A DNA stretch of 64,000 nt from Chlorokybus atmophyticus (lineage: Eukaryota > Plantae > Mesostigma and Chlorokybus algae). The stretch is from NCBI GenBank assembly GCA_009103225.1, contig RHPI01000160.1:17860-81859 (forward strand), given 5' to 3'. The notes under the pieces were generated by a model. It saw nothing but the letters and a program-made list of their open reading frames with translations, made no database searches and was not told the origin of the DNA. The position numbers and the translations under genes are program-made. This document shows, in pieces, positions 27,201 through 40,701 of this stretch. Position 1 is the first letter of the stretch, and every line of letters starts with the position of its first letter.

Positions 27201-30200
27201 TGTTCTTCCGCACACGTCTCTCTGCTCACTCCATTCGCGATGGTAGCCTGTACCTCGGCGTGCTCTTCTACTCAACCCTTGTCTTCCTTTTCAACGGCTT
27301 CTCAGGTAGGACAGCATGTTTACTGCTAAGCTCAAGTCAACTCTCTATGGCCTCAGTTGCGACGCTCATAGGGCTCTACTGCTTGATTGCAGAGATGGCT
27401 CTGAGCATGCAAAACCTGCAGCAGTTCTATAAGCAGCGCGACAATTCCTTTTATCCGGCTTATGCATACAGTCTACCAGTGACTATACTGCGTATACCAT
27501 TTTCAATTGTCGGGTCGGTTGTCTGGTCGTGTATTGTGTACTGGGTGGCTGGCCTTACCCCTGATGCTGGTCGCTTCTTTCTCTTCATGGCGCTCGGTTT
27601 CCTTCTCCACCAGATGGCTATCGGTCTCTTCCGTTTCATCGGTGCTGTCGCCCGAACTCTCGTCGTTGCCAGCACACTTGGCTCCGTTGCGCTCCTTGGT
27701 GTAGTTGTGCTCGGTGGTTTCATCCTCGCCAAACGTGAGTCCCCGCCGCCCCCTCCTCCTGTGGCCCCAGCGCCACCGTACATGTCAATGGCATTGACAC
27801 CTTGTTGTGCTTCACAGCTGACATTCCCCCGTGGTGGATATGGGCCTACTACTTGTCTCCACTGTCATACGCGCAAAAGGCCCTTGCGTTGATTGAGTTC
27901 AGCGCTCCTCGCTGGCAGAACGAGATCTATGAGTGAGTAGGCTTGAGCATTTGTCCGCGCATTTGACGTTTCTGCCCTCCATTTCTCTCCTTTGCTGCTA
28001 ACTCTCCATGTCTCCATCAGTGCGGCAACCGGAGAGACTCTGGGCAACGCCATTCTACGCGCACGCGGCCTCGCTACAAACCGTGCCTGGGAGTGGACTT
28101 CTTTTGGTGCATTGGCGGGCTTCTATGTGCTTTTCAACACTCTGGTCATCATCGCTCTTCACTATGGCAAAGGTGGGTGAGTGCATTTGTTCTCCCCTTA
28201 ACCATATATGTGCGCATGTGCTAAGCATGCTGCTTTGTCGTTGCTGCAGCACCGGACAGTACAAGTGTTGCCGTGCCGGAAGAAACCTTGAAGCAGCGCA
28301 ATCTTGGCCGTGATGCAGTTGCCAAGAGCATATGCATAAAGCCACGCCGTTCATCATCCTCTCGTGTAGGTTAACAACAATGCGAGATAGGCGTAAAAAA
28401 ACTCCTAGTCTGCAGGCACAGAGTTTTCTTATATACCGCTTGTTTATTGCAGGAACGGGAGGGCCCGGCTGACGATCAGCATGCCATTCACATGGCCAAT
28501 GGCACAGTGCAGACAGCAGTGTTGCCAGAGGAAGGAGCGGATATTGAAGCTGGAGAATCCAATCTCGGCACTGTGCGCCGGTTCTCTTTTTCGGGCCGTC
28601 AACTTGAACCCTCTGCAACACTGCGCTCCCCGTTTGTCCGCAGCTTCAGCCCCAACAGCGCCACCGCCAGGAGACGACACGACACGTCCACCTGTCCACG
28701 CGGTATGATCCTGCCCTTCATCCCGGCTAACTACGCCTTCCACAACATCTGCTACACCGTTCAGGTCCATGTCCTAGCACAACAAGCTTGTGCTTCTCAC
28801 TGCACACTGTGCATCCCCATAAACAGATCTGGACTGCACGCTGACAGCCTCGCTCCCCTCTCGTCCCGTCCTGCAGGCTGACGGCAAGGACTTGCGCCTG
28901 TTACACAATGTCAGTGGCTTCTTCCGCCCCAGGGTGCTGACCGCTCTTGTCGGTGTGTCTGGAGCTGGCAAGACCACCCTCATGGATGTGCTCGCTGGCC
29001 GCAAGACGATAGGGCGCATCGAGGGTAAGTGGTCCATCGCACTACTATAGCATGCGAACACAACCTTTTTTCATAGTAGGTGTGGTTTCCGTATGTCTGT
29101 CGTTGCTTGCTAGTTGTGTGTTTGAGCTGCATGTCCTGCCATTTCTCCTAGAGGCTCTTCACATAAGCTATGGCGCTGCAGTTGCACCTAGCGGTCGACA
29201 ACCCCCATATATCATCGTCTGTATTGCAGGAGACATGCTGATTAACGGGCATCCCAAGGAGCAGGCCACATTCGCACGGATCTCGGGTTACTGTGAGCAG
29301 ACAGATACACACTCCCCTGCTACCACAGTTGAGGAAGCTATATTATTCTCTGCAAGGCTGCGCCTAGAGTCGTCAGTGGACCGCAACACAATGGGCACAT
29401 TTGTCGAGGAGGTGATGGGCCTTGTGGAGCTTGAAGACCTTCGCGATGCCACTGTTGGTCTCCCTGGCCGCGATGGTCTTTCTGTGGAGCAGCGTAAACG
29501 CCTGACCATTGCTGTCGAGCTCGTTGCAAATCCAAGCATCATCTTTATGGACGAGGTAGGCTCCTTCCATCTGGCAGTGTACATGCAGGACCAGAAACAG
29601 GAGTGCTTTGCTCGCGTGCCTGTTGCATCATGTGTACAGATGCGTGCAACCGCACTTGTGCACACGATCAGCGTTGCCTTCACATGCACAAGCTGAGACC
29701 AAAATGCACGTTATGTGTGCTGAGCAGCCAACCTCTGGACTTGATGCACGCGCTGCAGCCATCGTTATGAGAGCGGTGCGCAACACGGTGGATACGGGCC
29801 GAACAGTTGTGTGCACCATCCATCAGCCATCGATTGACATCTTTGAGTCGTTCGACGAGTTGCTGCTGCTCAAACGCGGGGGTGAAGTGATCTATTTTGG
29901 TGGCCTTGGCCATGAGTCTTGTGAGCTCGTCGCATTCTTTCAGAAGATCCCGACAGTGCCCCGCATTCAGGAGGGTCAGAACCCCGCCACCTGGATGCTC
30001 GAGTGCTCCACCCCCGCCGTTGAGAAGTCCACTGGGGTTGACTTTGGTAACTACTACCGTGACTCTTATCTCCTCGAGTAAGCACAACATAGAGCTTCAT
30101 GCTGCGCGCGCTTTTTCTGTTGCCCTTGTTGTATGCATGCTGTGAGTACAACATGGCATTGGTCCTGCGCACCCGAACTTTGCAGAGGCGGCTGCCCGTT

Positions 30201-31334
30201 TATCGCTTCTTGCACAGGCGAAATGAGAGTATGATTGAAGAGTTGTCGAAACCACAGCCCGGGCTGGAGTTTGTGAAGTTTGACAAGATGTTCGCCAGGC
30301 CATTCTCAGAACAGCTGCTGGCGAACTTGTGGAAGCAGCACATAACGTACTGGCGCTCACCGGAGTACAATGCCGTGCGGCTGGGCATGACCGTCCTCAT
30401 CGGGCTCTTCTTTGGCACAACCTTTTGGAAGAAGGGCAACGATCGGAGCACCCAACAGGATGTCATGAACATTGCTGGCGGTGTGTATCTTGTCGTGCTG
30501 TGCCTCGGAATCCAGAATGCCTCGATTGTACAGCCCGTTGTGGCAGTGGAGAGAGGAGTGTTCTACCGCGAGCGCGCTGCGGGTTACTACTCAGCTGTGC
30601 CTTATGCTCTCGGTCAACTGTTGATTGAAATCCCCTACATTCTGGTTCAGACTGCCACCTACGCTGTCATCACGTATGCCATGGTCCAGTTCTCATGGGA
30701 TGCAGCCGTGTTCCTTTGGTAAGCGTCGGTGACAAATGTGATCATGATTCCTGCATGAAGTCACCCTGCAAGCATTCGAAGCTGACAACTCGATGGTTGC
30801 TTATATGGCAGGTACTTCTTCTTCATGTTTCTGACGCTTTCCTGCTTTACATACTATGGCATGTCTTGCGCGGTGCTTACTCCTAGCGTGCAGCTGGCAG
30901 CCGTTGTTTCTACCTTCTTTTACTCCTTCTGGTGCGTGTGCAACCTGGTAGCCATAGGTCTTGGGTCTCTTGGGCCTTGCTTACCAACTAATGTTTCCAC
31001 ATGTTGTTGACCGCTGTGTGGCATGAACAGGAATCTATTCGCTGGCTTTGTTGTCTCTCGCAATAACATGCCTGGGTGGTGGAAATGGTACTCCTATTGC
31101 AATCCTTTGGCATGGACGCTTGATGGGTTGATCAGCAGCCAACTGGGGAATGACAACACCATGATCAGCCTGGCTGACGCGGGTGAAGAGCCTATCAGCA
31201 AGTACATCAACGATTATTTCGGGTTCAGCTACTCCTTCCTCGGCCAAACGGCAGCGATTCTCATTGGGTTTGTTGTTGTCTTTGCCATGGTTGTTGTACT
31301 TGGCATCAAGTTTCTGAACTACCAGAGGCGTTAG
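24238..31334 (+). CDS. ABCG: Full-size ABCG (pleiotropic drug resistance, PDR-type) transporter, about 21 exons
   Basis: NBD-TMD-NBD-TMD order. IEIPKVEVR; Walker A GPPGAGKT (~25011); [11 protein letters not shown] (~25950); DEISTGLD; [23 protein letters not shown]; GMILPF; Walker A GVSGAGKT (~28952); [41 protein letters not shown]; NPATWMLE; YWRSPEYN; VFYRERAAG; C-terminus KFLNYQRR* as in plant PDRs. I saw no stops in the exons read. The first exon (ATG 24238) is tentative. Confidence 0.95.
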
Positions 31335-31969
31335 TTTCTGCCCGCAACTCCTCTCCCTTCATGTGATGCGCCAGCGTGTTCGCTCTTCTGCTGCGACATG
31401 CTGTGTGGAACGCCAGGGTGTGAGGTTGGACATTCTTGTTGACTTTAAGTAGCTATATTGAATCAGCGAATTGCTGACCAGATTAGTTATATACTTGCTG
31501 TGCAATGTGACTTTCAGAGCAGGTCCGTTGTGCTACTGCATGCGAAATGCTGCATGTTGTATGCACTGTACACTATGTGGCATACATCGCTGGATGTTGC
31601 CCATCTGCGTCCATAAGGAGTAGACCCTTGCTCCCTTGCATACTCCTTGCGTACTCCTTGCTTGCGGTTTGTGTTGGTGCGGCTACTTTATATATGTGAT
31701 GCATAGGACATGTGAAATGCTGTTGTACGCATGCCAATGCGCATTCCCTTTGCATGCAGTGCAAAATAAGCAAGCACGGCTATAACAAACATTCCACCAT
31801 GAAGCGTCGACCAGTAGGCTAGCACTACTAATTTCTGGTTAGATACTTCACTACCAACCCCGCTAGACATGCATCATGCTTGTATCAAACATGTTACTGT
31901 GTGAGTGAGATTATGATGTCCGGTCAAGTCACGTGTTGATGCATTCATGTCCACACGAAGTAAGCAAGT

Positions 31970-34040
31970 TAACTGCACAACAGCCGTATGAGCTCAGCGC
32001 TTGCAAGCAGCCTTGATGACAAGAAAGAGCAATCGGAGTACAGCAAACACAAGACGTGGACGTGCCCGCGCTCTAGGGAGGGAGGCCTCCCGTCTCCCCT
32101 TATCCCTCCTCTCTCCTCCCTTCTCTCTCCTGCCTCCTCAGTGGTTGTAGCGTAGGTTTGGCGTGCTGCGTCAGCGTCAGGGTCCTTGTCCCGCGCGTAA
32201 GGGCTGGCCCGCATGCAGGCTGGGGGCTGTGCAGCCAGATGTTGGCCAAGAACTATCACCTCGGAAGAGAACCCTCCCAAGGGACGTGCGCTAGGGCGGT
32301 AACGGCAGCACGCACAGCTGCACAGATGCACGTGTTGAGCACCCTCCCCTGCAGATGCTCACGCGGTGTCACTGTCTCAAGAATGCACCACTGCACATGG
32401 TACACAAGGTACAGTTGCGGGTTCGCATGAAGGCTGCGCATGCGCGCGGCTAATGTCGACACGAACAAGCGGCGTGTTGTCTCCGTAGGGCTTCTTGCAA
32501 AAACGGCAGCGGCACTTTGTTGCGCCCTCGCAGAAAGACGCTAGCGGCATGTAGCCACCATAAGCTGTCCCTCTGGTGGCAACACCCTTGGCCTGGATGT
32601 CAGCGTCGCCCGGATGCCGGTCTTGATGATGAAAGTGACACAGCACGCACGTGTTCGCAGTACCCTGCAAGAAGCGAGAGGGCACGATTAGCAGGTCTGC
32701 TAATCGTGCCCTCTCGCTTCTTGCAGGGTACTGAGTGTTGTTGGCGCCGGCGTCGCTGATGGCAATGAGTTGTGCAGCTTCCAGTAATGCTGCGTAATGC
32801 ATGTTTGTGCCGCTGGTGGAGCCTGCCCCGTGCCAGCTCAGCAGCGGTGATGACATCCTGCGCTCTCCACCATGCAGAATGCTGGCTGGCTGTTGGTGGC
32901 GTTGTGGATGACAACGAGTTTTGCAGCGCTAAGCTGCACAGTGCATGTGTGTGCCAGGTCGTCAGTGGCAGTGATATCCTGCCCTCCCCGCGTGCAGGGT
33001 GTTGGCTGTCGTTGGCGCTGTGGACGGTGATGAGTGCGCAGCTATGAGCTGCACGCTTTATGCCGTGCTCCAGCGGTGGTCGTGCGCGGTGCGTACAGCT
33101 GCATTCAGTTAGGGTGGGTGTGGGGTGCGCGCTCCTGGGCAAGCGTGCATGGATAGCCGCTGCGCATGCAACGCGACACAGCCCATGCGACAACGTGGTT
33201 GGCATGCACGTGACCTCCACGCATGTGCACGCATTTTCAGACATGATACAACAAAAGAGACTGGACCAAAGAACACTTGGCTTGAATGCTATGCCATCAC
33301 AGCATCGCTTGCTGAGCTGAGCCTGGGCTACAGCCAAGCGACAGGCGGTGTGGAAGAGGTGGCTGCCCTGCCTCTGAGCGTAGAGGGCCCTGCAGGCTCG
33401 CCTTTGTGTGCACGTATGTGTTGTTGGTGCATTGGACAAGTGCGGACTGGGTGACCAGCCGCTGAGCAGTGCCGTCGAGGTAGAGGCTGGTAATTTTGGT
33501 GGCATCCGTGGAACAGCTGCAGCGGACGGGAAAACCAGCAGCACTAAGCCGGCGGAGCAGTGCCGCTGAGAGAGAGATTGTCGACCATGGCAAAAGCCAC
33601 CCTGCAATAGTTCAGCAGCAAGCATGACTGACCGGCAACCATCACACAACAAAAAAAACAATCAATCAACAACCAACTAGCAATAACACCCATAACAAGC
33701 AACATCAACGTGACTGATGGCAAACGCATGCAGCGAGATTAAGCAACCACAACCACGGTTAAGCACCACATCTACTTTAACAACATCCTCAACAATAACA
33801 AAACCACAACTTGCAATGACCACAATCTGCCAACAACCACAACCCATCAACAACAACAACAAGCAGCGACAAACCCAATGTAACGACACAATGGCTACTA
33901 CACCCAACGCAACTAGCATGCAGGCACCTGCAGGCACAACAGCAAACACCACAAAGCGGTCTGTCATGATGTAAACACGATGTACATACCACAGTTGCAC
34001 ATCCCCGCGTCGTGCGCCGCGGATCATATGGTCTTAACAA
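31970..34040 (-). other. Possible uncharacterised multi-exon gene or gene relic
   Basis: Splice-bounded segments translate as WLLPWSTISLSAALLRRLSAAGFPVRCSCSTDATKITSLYLDG (~33400-33600) and Cys-rich TCVLCHFHHQD...CEGATKCRCRFCKKPYGD (~32420-32670). I recognise no family and did not resolve the exon chain. Confidence 0.3.
32658..32733. repeat. Perfect 76-bp palindrome (37-bp arms, 2-nt loop)
   Basis: CAGTACCCTGCAAGAAGCGAGAGGGCACGATTAGCAG-GT-CTGCTAATCGTGCCCTCTCGCTTCTTGCAGGGTACTG. Confidence 0.95.
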
Positions 34041-34583
34041 GATTAAGTGCGGCGCCGGCCGGTTTAGGGCTTCGTAAACACCTTAATCATCAAGGCCGAA
34101 ACTATAACCGTACAAACACGTATTGACGCGCATTGATTACCGCACACGACCGATACCGGTATTATTCCATGTGTGACTTGCGTCCCAGACGTATCGTGCT
34201 ACTACTATGGCGTGCGTTCCACGCAATGCGATGTGTCTCATCCGGATCAAGCTAATGGAGAAACTCTTTATCGTAGGTCTTTAGAAGTATACGGATGTCA
34301 GTCACAAGTACCTTGCGTACCCAAACAGGCAGCTCATCTGCGAATGTTATGCAGAGTGAGACAACAAACTACGTTGAACAACAGCAATGTTGAAGGCTTA
34401 CCATCGTTAAATACAGTGTCATGCACTCTGCGCACATGATCATCCCCCTCGAGCACCATCTTCACCTCCACAGTGCCTTCCGCTACAGGAACTTTTGGAG
34501 TTCCACAGCAAGACTGCATCATCGCCTTTGAACTCTTGGAACTTGAAGTTTTAAAGGGCTTGGACTTCGCCCTAAAGTGAGGG

Positions 34584-34658
34584 TGTCACAGCCCACTCGA
34601 CCACAAAAGACTTGTTTGCTTTTATGGTCGATTTGTGGTTATTTGCCTTCGCGTTACA
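34584..34658. mobile_element. 75-bp TG...CA insertion with 5-bp TSD (miniature or internally deleted solo LTR)
   Basis: TGTCAC...GTTACA flanked by GAGGG at 34579-34583 and 34659-34663. Confidence 0.65.
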
Positions 34659-35871
34659 GAGGGGCTCTCTTCGTTGAGAGCCACAAGTTGCTGAGAGTCT
34701 CAGCCTAAGACGCCTGTGCATAGTCATACATGTTGTAATGTGGTTATGCAGGAGTTGATAGATGTGCTCTTACCTTCTTGCGTGCTTAACGTGCCGAAGC
34801 ATGTGTATGAGACATCGCCAAGGTTTGACGTTGTTCATCAGCAGCACATCGTGCAGCATATTAACAGCAATATTCTCTACTAGCTCCTTAGCTGCATTTG
34901 CTTTCGTGGCTTTGGCAGCCCGTTTCTTGGTCCCTTACTCCTTGGCCGCCTTGTCATTGGCGGCCTTGTCCTTGTCGTCCTCATCGCCATCAGCATTCTC
35001 CTCATCCTCCTTATTCTTCTCATCAGCGCTTCGTAACTTAAGTTTGTCATGCCTGTCGCCCGGGCATGCCAGTCGTCATCGGGCATGCCTACAGCGAGAC
35101 CCTCGCCCGGCTTACCAGCATGGCGACCCGCGCGTGTCTCTGACCAGTAGCTAGGTCATGTCTCTAGAGTAGCTCATGACTATAGCCTACATAGGCACCG
35201 CGCGTAGGTGTTCAATTGTGTGTTCAGTTATAAGTCGGGTTCTATATCGAGTGGGGATTTCCTATGGAAATAGCCTCGATATGACCATTAGCTTATGTTC
35301 TGGACAGTCATGAGTTGACTTGTATAAGTAGGCACAGTGTTCACCGGATCAGCTGGAAACACTGGAAGTGAGAAAGCTAAGAGCTTGTGAAGCGACTTGA
35401 ACTACGAAACACGCCGTCCCGGTTCCCAAGAATCCCCTCATCGTGTGAGAGCCTGTGCATGTTCTTGTGCAGCCTGTGCTTGTCTTTGCTGTGAGCTTTG
35501 TGTACTTGGTCGCGGTGTGCTTGTTGGCATCAGTCAGGGCATAGCATCCACGTGTTGCTTGCTCATTCACCTCACTTAACAGTGCAATTTCTCTTCCACT
35601 CATGCAAAGAACTGTGTAAACAGCACTACCTACAGTAGTGGCTCGTTGACTTACAGTGTCACCCTCTTTGCTCAAGTGAGTGTAGTTGCAGGCTGCACAT
35701 CAGCAGCGCAATCTGTAGTTGTACACATCGCAGTGCATCATTGTCACCGTCATTGCATAGCGCGCACAAGTGCTAGTGTGTTGGGTGATAGCAGCATTGG
35801 AGATCCCTTGTAGAGCATTGTAGAGCACAAAGACTCTACCTTTCATCCACTTTCACCATCGCATCAGCTGT

Positions 35872-37605
35872 ATGAGCAGGCCCACCCCTTTCTCGCCAAT
35901 AGAAGAAGGGAACCTCAACAGCTGGAGCCCGGCCTCCAACCTTACCTACGAGTGCGCAAGTGAAAGGAGCGGTTACCGTAGCAGCAGAGGCTCACGCCCG
36001 TCTCCGGCTTGACCTCCTCTCACTCCACTCCTCGACAACGAGCATCTCCACCACCGTCGGACAGCGACGACGAGGAGATGAAGCCTTCCAGCTCAACCAA
36101 CTCCCTACGCTTCTCCGGACGCCCTGGCACCACCTCACTTGACGAGTTCAACATCAATTTCCACTCCAAGATGCGGCAGCAAGCCCTCAAGAGCCTGGAC
36201 AAATGAGGTATCGTTTCATGTGTCCGCTCAATACCTTGATCACGAAGCACATGATGTGTGGAAGTCCGTCGCTGAGTTGCACAAAATTGATGGCTATAGC
36301 GAGTTGGCCAGCACAATAGCCTCCACGTCACTGCGTAGCCCATCGGTTACTGTCCCTATAGCAGCGGCCCCGCCAGCCTCAGTCACGGGTCTCACTCTAG
36401 CTGCAGCTATGGAGAAGGCAGAGAATGAAGAAGTTGAGGTGGTAGTGGCCTCATTGACTCCTGCAGAGATCGAAAGCAAGAAGGCCGAGCGCCGGATCAG
36501 GATACTCAACTGCATCGCTGCCATCATCAGGGAGCAACAAGAGGAGCAGCAAGCTGCAGCGTTGGAGGTGGGTACGCCCCTGCTACCAACACCGAACTCG
36601 CGTGCTCCAGCGGGAGGCAGTGTTTTCACCCTCGGCTCAGTGGCATTGCGTGCACCCGCGCTTACGGTGGGCGCGGCCATATTGGACTCCCCGTTGAAGG
36701 ACCTCTACGCCGCACTCCGGCGCACCTTCCCACCTCAAACCAACAGCAAGGTGGAGGAGTTGAGGCGTTTTCGACGGAAGCCCAACGAGGACCCTCTCCG
36801 ACTGTATTCACGGTTGGAAGGGGTGCTTAAAGACACTGACTACAAGATCGTTAGTGAGGAGGCGGCAGCAGTGGTGTATGTGGCCGAGATGAATCCCACC
36901 CTGAGTGAGTCAACGCGCCTGACGCTGAACTACAGCAGGCCCCTCGGCTACACCCTCAAGGAAGCTTTCGAGACTGCACAAGCCATCCACAAGCGCGCAG
37001 TGTATGAGAAGGCGATGCTGGACACCAACCGTAGTGCCTCGCGGCCTATGGCAGGCACAAGTGCAAAGCCTCTTCGGCGGGACCGCGGCCGAGAGCCGCA
37101 AGGTATCCACAACATGGATAAACGGTCAGCTCATGCTGCCCTTGTGGCCCCAGTGCTGTGCCACCGGTGTGGTCGACATGGCCATTACCAAAAGGAGTGC
37201 ACCGAAGATTACGGCAACCTTGGGTGCGACTATTGCCACAAAACGGGACACTTGGAGACAGTTTGCTGGCTCAAGTTCCCTGAGCTGCGGCCTTCTATTG
37301 GCTACAACAATAGCAACAACGCTGTTGGCTACCGCGGCAACAACAACAACAACAACAACAACGGGGGCTACAACAACAGCAACCACGCTAGCGGCTACCA
37401 CAACAGCAACATCGCTGGTGGTCGCAACAATGGCAACAACGCTGGTGGCCACAACCCCAACAACAACAACAACGCTGGGGCCCGCAAGGAAGAAGCTGGC
37501 TATAGAGGGAAAAACCGCCCTCCACAGCACAAAAGACCTGAGGGACGTCCTCGCGCTGGAGCTGCTGCTGTAAAGACACCAGCCAATCCACCAACTATTG
37601 ACTGA
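35872..37605 (+). pseudogene. gag: Gypsy gag with two CCHC zinc knuckles and an Asn/Gly-rich tail
   Basis: CHRCGRHGHYQKEC and CDYCHKTGHLETVC; gag-like LRRFRRKPNEDPLRLYSRLEGVL. Early stop and frameshift near 36200; candidate ATG at 35872. Confidence 0.85.
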
Positions 37606-39989
37606 GTGGCAGCCCTGATGGCGCGCGTGGCACAGCTGGAGGAGAACAAGGAGCAGGATTATCAAGCCTACTACGCTGCTAGGTGGGCACTGATGGCACC
37701 AAAACGGGATAGGGACACTCCCATGCCGTTACGCGTGCAACCATCAAGACGTGCGCGCAGAGAAGCTGGCGCGTCGTCAACAGCGGCATCGTCGGACGCC
37801 ACAAGTGGTCCTCGGCAGCCACAACCACTGCTGGGACGACGCCGTCGACGACACCGTCGGCGTCCAATTCCGACCGCGACAGCAGGTGTCAGCACTCTGG
37901 GCACCACGCTGTCCCTGGTGATGGAAAGCACCCACGCCGCAACAACCATGGTCGTTGGGTTCGAGGGTGGTGAATCCACCACTCCTGCCTCCATCGAAGC
38001 GACCACATCGGCCGCAACTGCTGCCACCCTCACAGCCGCCACCTCAGTAACGACGACTGCTGCAGGTGCCACCACCATCGCCTCCAGTAGTGCTGCCGCA
38101 CCCACTGCACCACTCCCTGAGATTCGAACGGCACCGCCACCAGCACTTGACGTCACACAGCAAGTGCCACGCGGACCACAAGCAGAACGCGCCTGGGCGT
38201 CGGTGGTTCTACGCAACGTGGAGCCCACCACCATTGCGTACGGACCAGGGGGGCGACGCACCACGTGCGTGGCACGCGATGATCGCATCTTGCCCCTTCC
38301 ACCTCCAGAGTACCACACGCTGCCGGAACCCACACAACAGCAGCTGGAGGATGAAATCCTCGCCGGCACTGCACCAGATGAGGGATCGTCTCTTCGGGGT
38401 CACCTACCGGCGACCTGCCGCGTTGGAGCTGGCCATTCAGTTGTTCTTGGCATTACACGCACGATTGCAGGGCGCACCCAGTCAAACGCGGCAACCCATG
38501 CCCGCTCAACAAATCGACTTCGAGCCCTCGCCACTGGACCCACTCGGACTCCAGCGCCACAAAATACAAGACCTCGTGGTCACCATGTCAAACATCGCGC
38601 TGGGCGCTGATCTCGCTCTCCGGGGGCTCACTCCAGGCAGTCGTCAAGAGCGTTTCTCTGCCCTCGAACAGGCACAAGGTTATTAGGTGGACCAAGCTGT
38701 CCAAGTGGACGCACGCCAACAGGCATACGAAGCAGCACACGCCATTATTGTCCCAACCGTAGCTCCGGTAAATGTTGCCAGCGCCTCCACGGCGCTGACC
38801 ACAGGGTACTCCACGGCAGTCGCCATCGAACAGGCAGGACAAGCAACTGTTGCAGACCAAGCGAGGGCGTTGGCACAACAATTGAGGGGGGTAATCGCCC
38901 CGCTGCTGCCTCCTTTGGTCGAAGACATGCCCGAGGATCAATGCGATGCAGGGCGAGGGTACCTCACCCCGCAAGGGGACACCACACAACGAGGAGGAGC
39001 TGGTGTGGTGGGGGAGCAACAACTCCGTACCGCACTCATCCGGCAAGCAGTCATGTTGCACAGGTCTGAGGGCAACACATTAAGACAGATTATGGGGATG
39101 CAAGAGGGCAGCGCCGCTCGAGCCCGTCTCGTGACATGGCTCGTTGCCAATCACCCTGCTGTCCCCCTGTTTGCCTTTGACAACCGAGCATCATGGTTGG
39201 GGGCATTCGTTCGCTCGCTGCGACAAGCATACGACGAGGCTGCCACCACAGCCCCGGACACGCTGGAGGGAGTGCAAGAGGCAATGCTGCGGCTGCCAGG
39301 GGTGGAAGCCGCACGACAATGGCGGCGCATCGCCATTGCTCATGAGCTACACGCACAGCAGACTGACCTCCAGCGCACCCTACGCGCGCGCGCCATGACC
39401 GTGCTCGACGTGGGAGTGGTACAAGGAAGGTGGGATGCCCGCATGGCAGGGATCTTGCGCGTCCCCACCATCACCCACGACATGCGGCGACAGCTACCAC
39501 GCGCCGTATACCTGCAGCCCATGCCTCAATATCATCATTGGACCGACACGGACACCGAGCCCACGGCCACGCGGGAAGGGACGTTGGTCAGAGAAGCGGC
39601 TCATGCTGTCCGATGGACGTACGCCGCGGAACAAGCTGAACGTGAGGCAGGCCCACAAACACCGGGTCCGCCGGGGTTTCTACCACAGCCATTGGGTACA
39701 CCCGCGGGCATGATTCCATCTTCGCAGAGGCGGCATCCACCGGCGCCGCCACCACAACCGGCGCCGGAACCTCCAGCACCGAGCCCCCCCCGTGTTTACC
39801 AACCACCACGACAAGGTCGATTCGGCAGAGGGAGAGGGCAAGGAGGGGGTTCTTCGGACTCAGCAGGCAGAGGAGCTCTGGCTGCCATGCGCTCAGCACC
39901 CCCAGCTGAGAGAACTGAGGCGAAGGCGCAGACAGCTCGTATGAAGAGGCTGCGTATCGACGCCAATGCTGCCATAGTGGCAAACCAAG

Positions 39990-40380
39990 GCAAGCACGTT
40001 ACCATCAACGGCCTGGCACCCAAGCGAGTAATGTTGGACACCGGAGCACAGCCTGTCATCATCGGGCGCTTCCTCGCGCGGTCCCTCGGCATAACCAGCT
40101 CCAACTTGGTGCCTTGCCCATACGTGTTGGACACTGCCACAGGTAGCCGAGATAAGGTGATGGGAGTCACCAGGGAGGCCTTTTGCATTCGGTTGACAGG
40201 GCTGGACCCAACCCACACAACCGAGATCGTCTAGCAATGTGTGGTCACCAATGCCGGCTCCTTCGACTTTCTGCTTGGGCAGGACTTCAACTTCCCTGTG
40301 GGCATGGGCCTCGACTGCTGGACAGATCGAGCGTGGTTTCGGCCACATTGGGATGAGGATAACGGAGAGGTGCAGGTTTT
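39990..40380 (+). pseudogene. Gypsy aspartic protease (in-frame TAG at 40232-40234)
   Basis: VMLDTGAQPVIIG catalytic motif, then FDFLLGQDF in the same frame after the stop. Confidence 0.85.
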
Positions 40381-40701
40381 CTGCCTCTCGAGTAAGTCTC
40401 GCGCACGCGCGCCCAACGCAAAGTGGCTGCCGTGGCTACACGCAGCCACGCCCGCACACGGGAGGCTGCAACGGCCACATACGATGGCGCTCGGACGCAA
40501 GTCGCTGCGGGTGCCACGGCCCCGTGTCGAACCGTCGACTCCTCTCCCACCCCGTACAACGAGGAGCAGGAGGATGCCACCGTGGAAGTAGCATTACAAG
40601 ACCCAGCTGAACGACGCTGGCGCGCACAGGTGGATGCACACGTCTTGCTCAGCCATCCACTGATCACCACGCGCTTCCCCAACTACTGAAGCCACGACAA
40701 G

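Noticed and set aside
32600-33661. 353-aa minus-strand ORF
   Set aside because: It crosses intron-like repeat tracts and the palindrome and has no coherent domain; other frames look more protein-like locally, so it is unlikely to be a single-exon gene.
37126-37665. Antisense Val-rich ORFs in gag, and similar antisense ORFs over pol and integrase
   Set aside because: Shadow frames of AAC-repeat and GC-rich coding sequence on the opposite strand.
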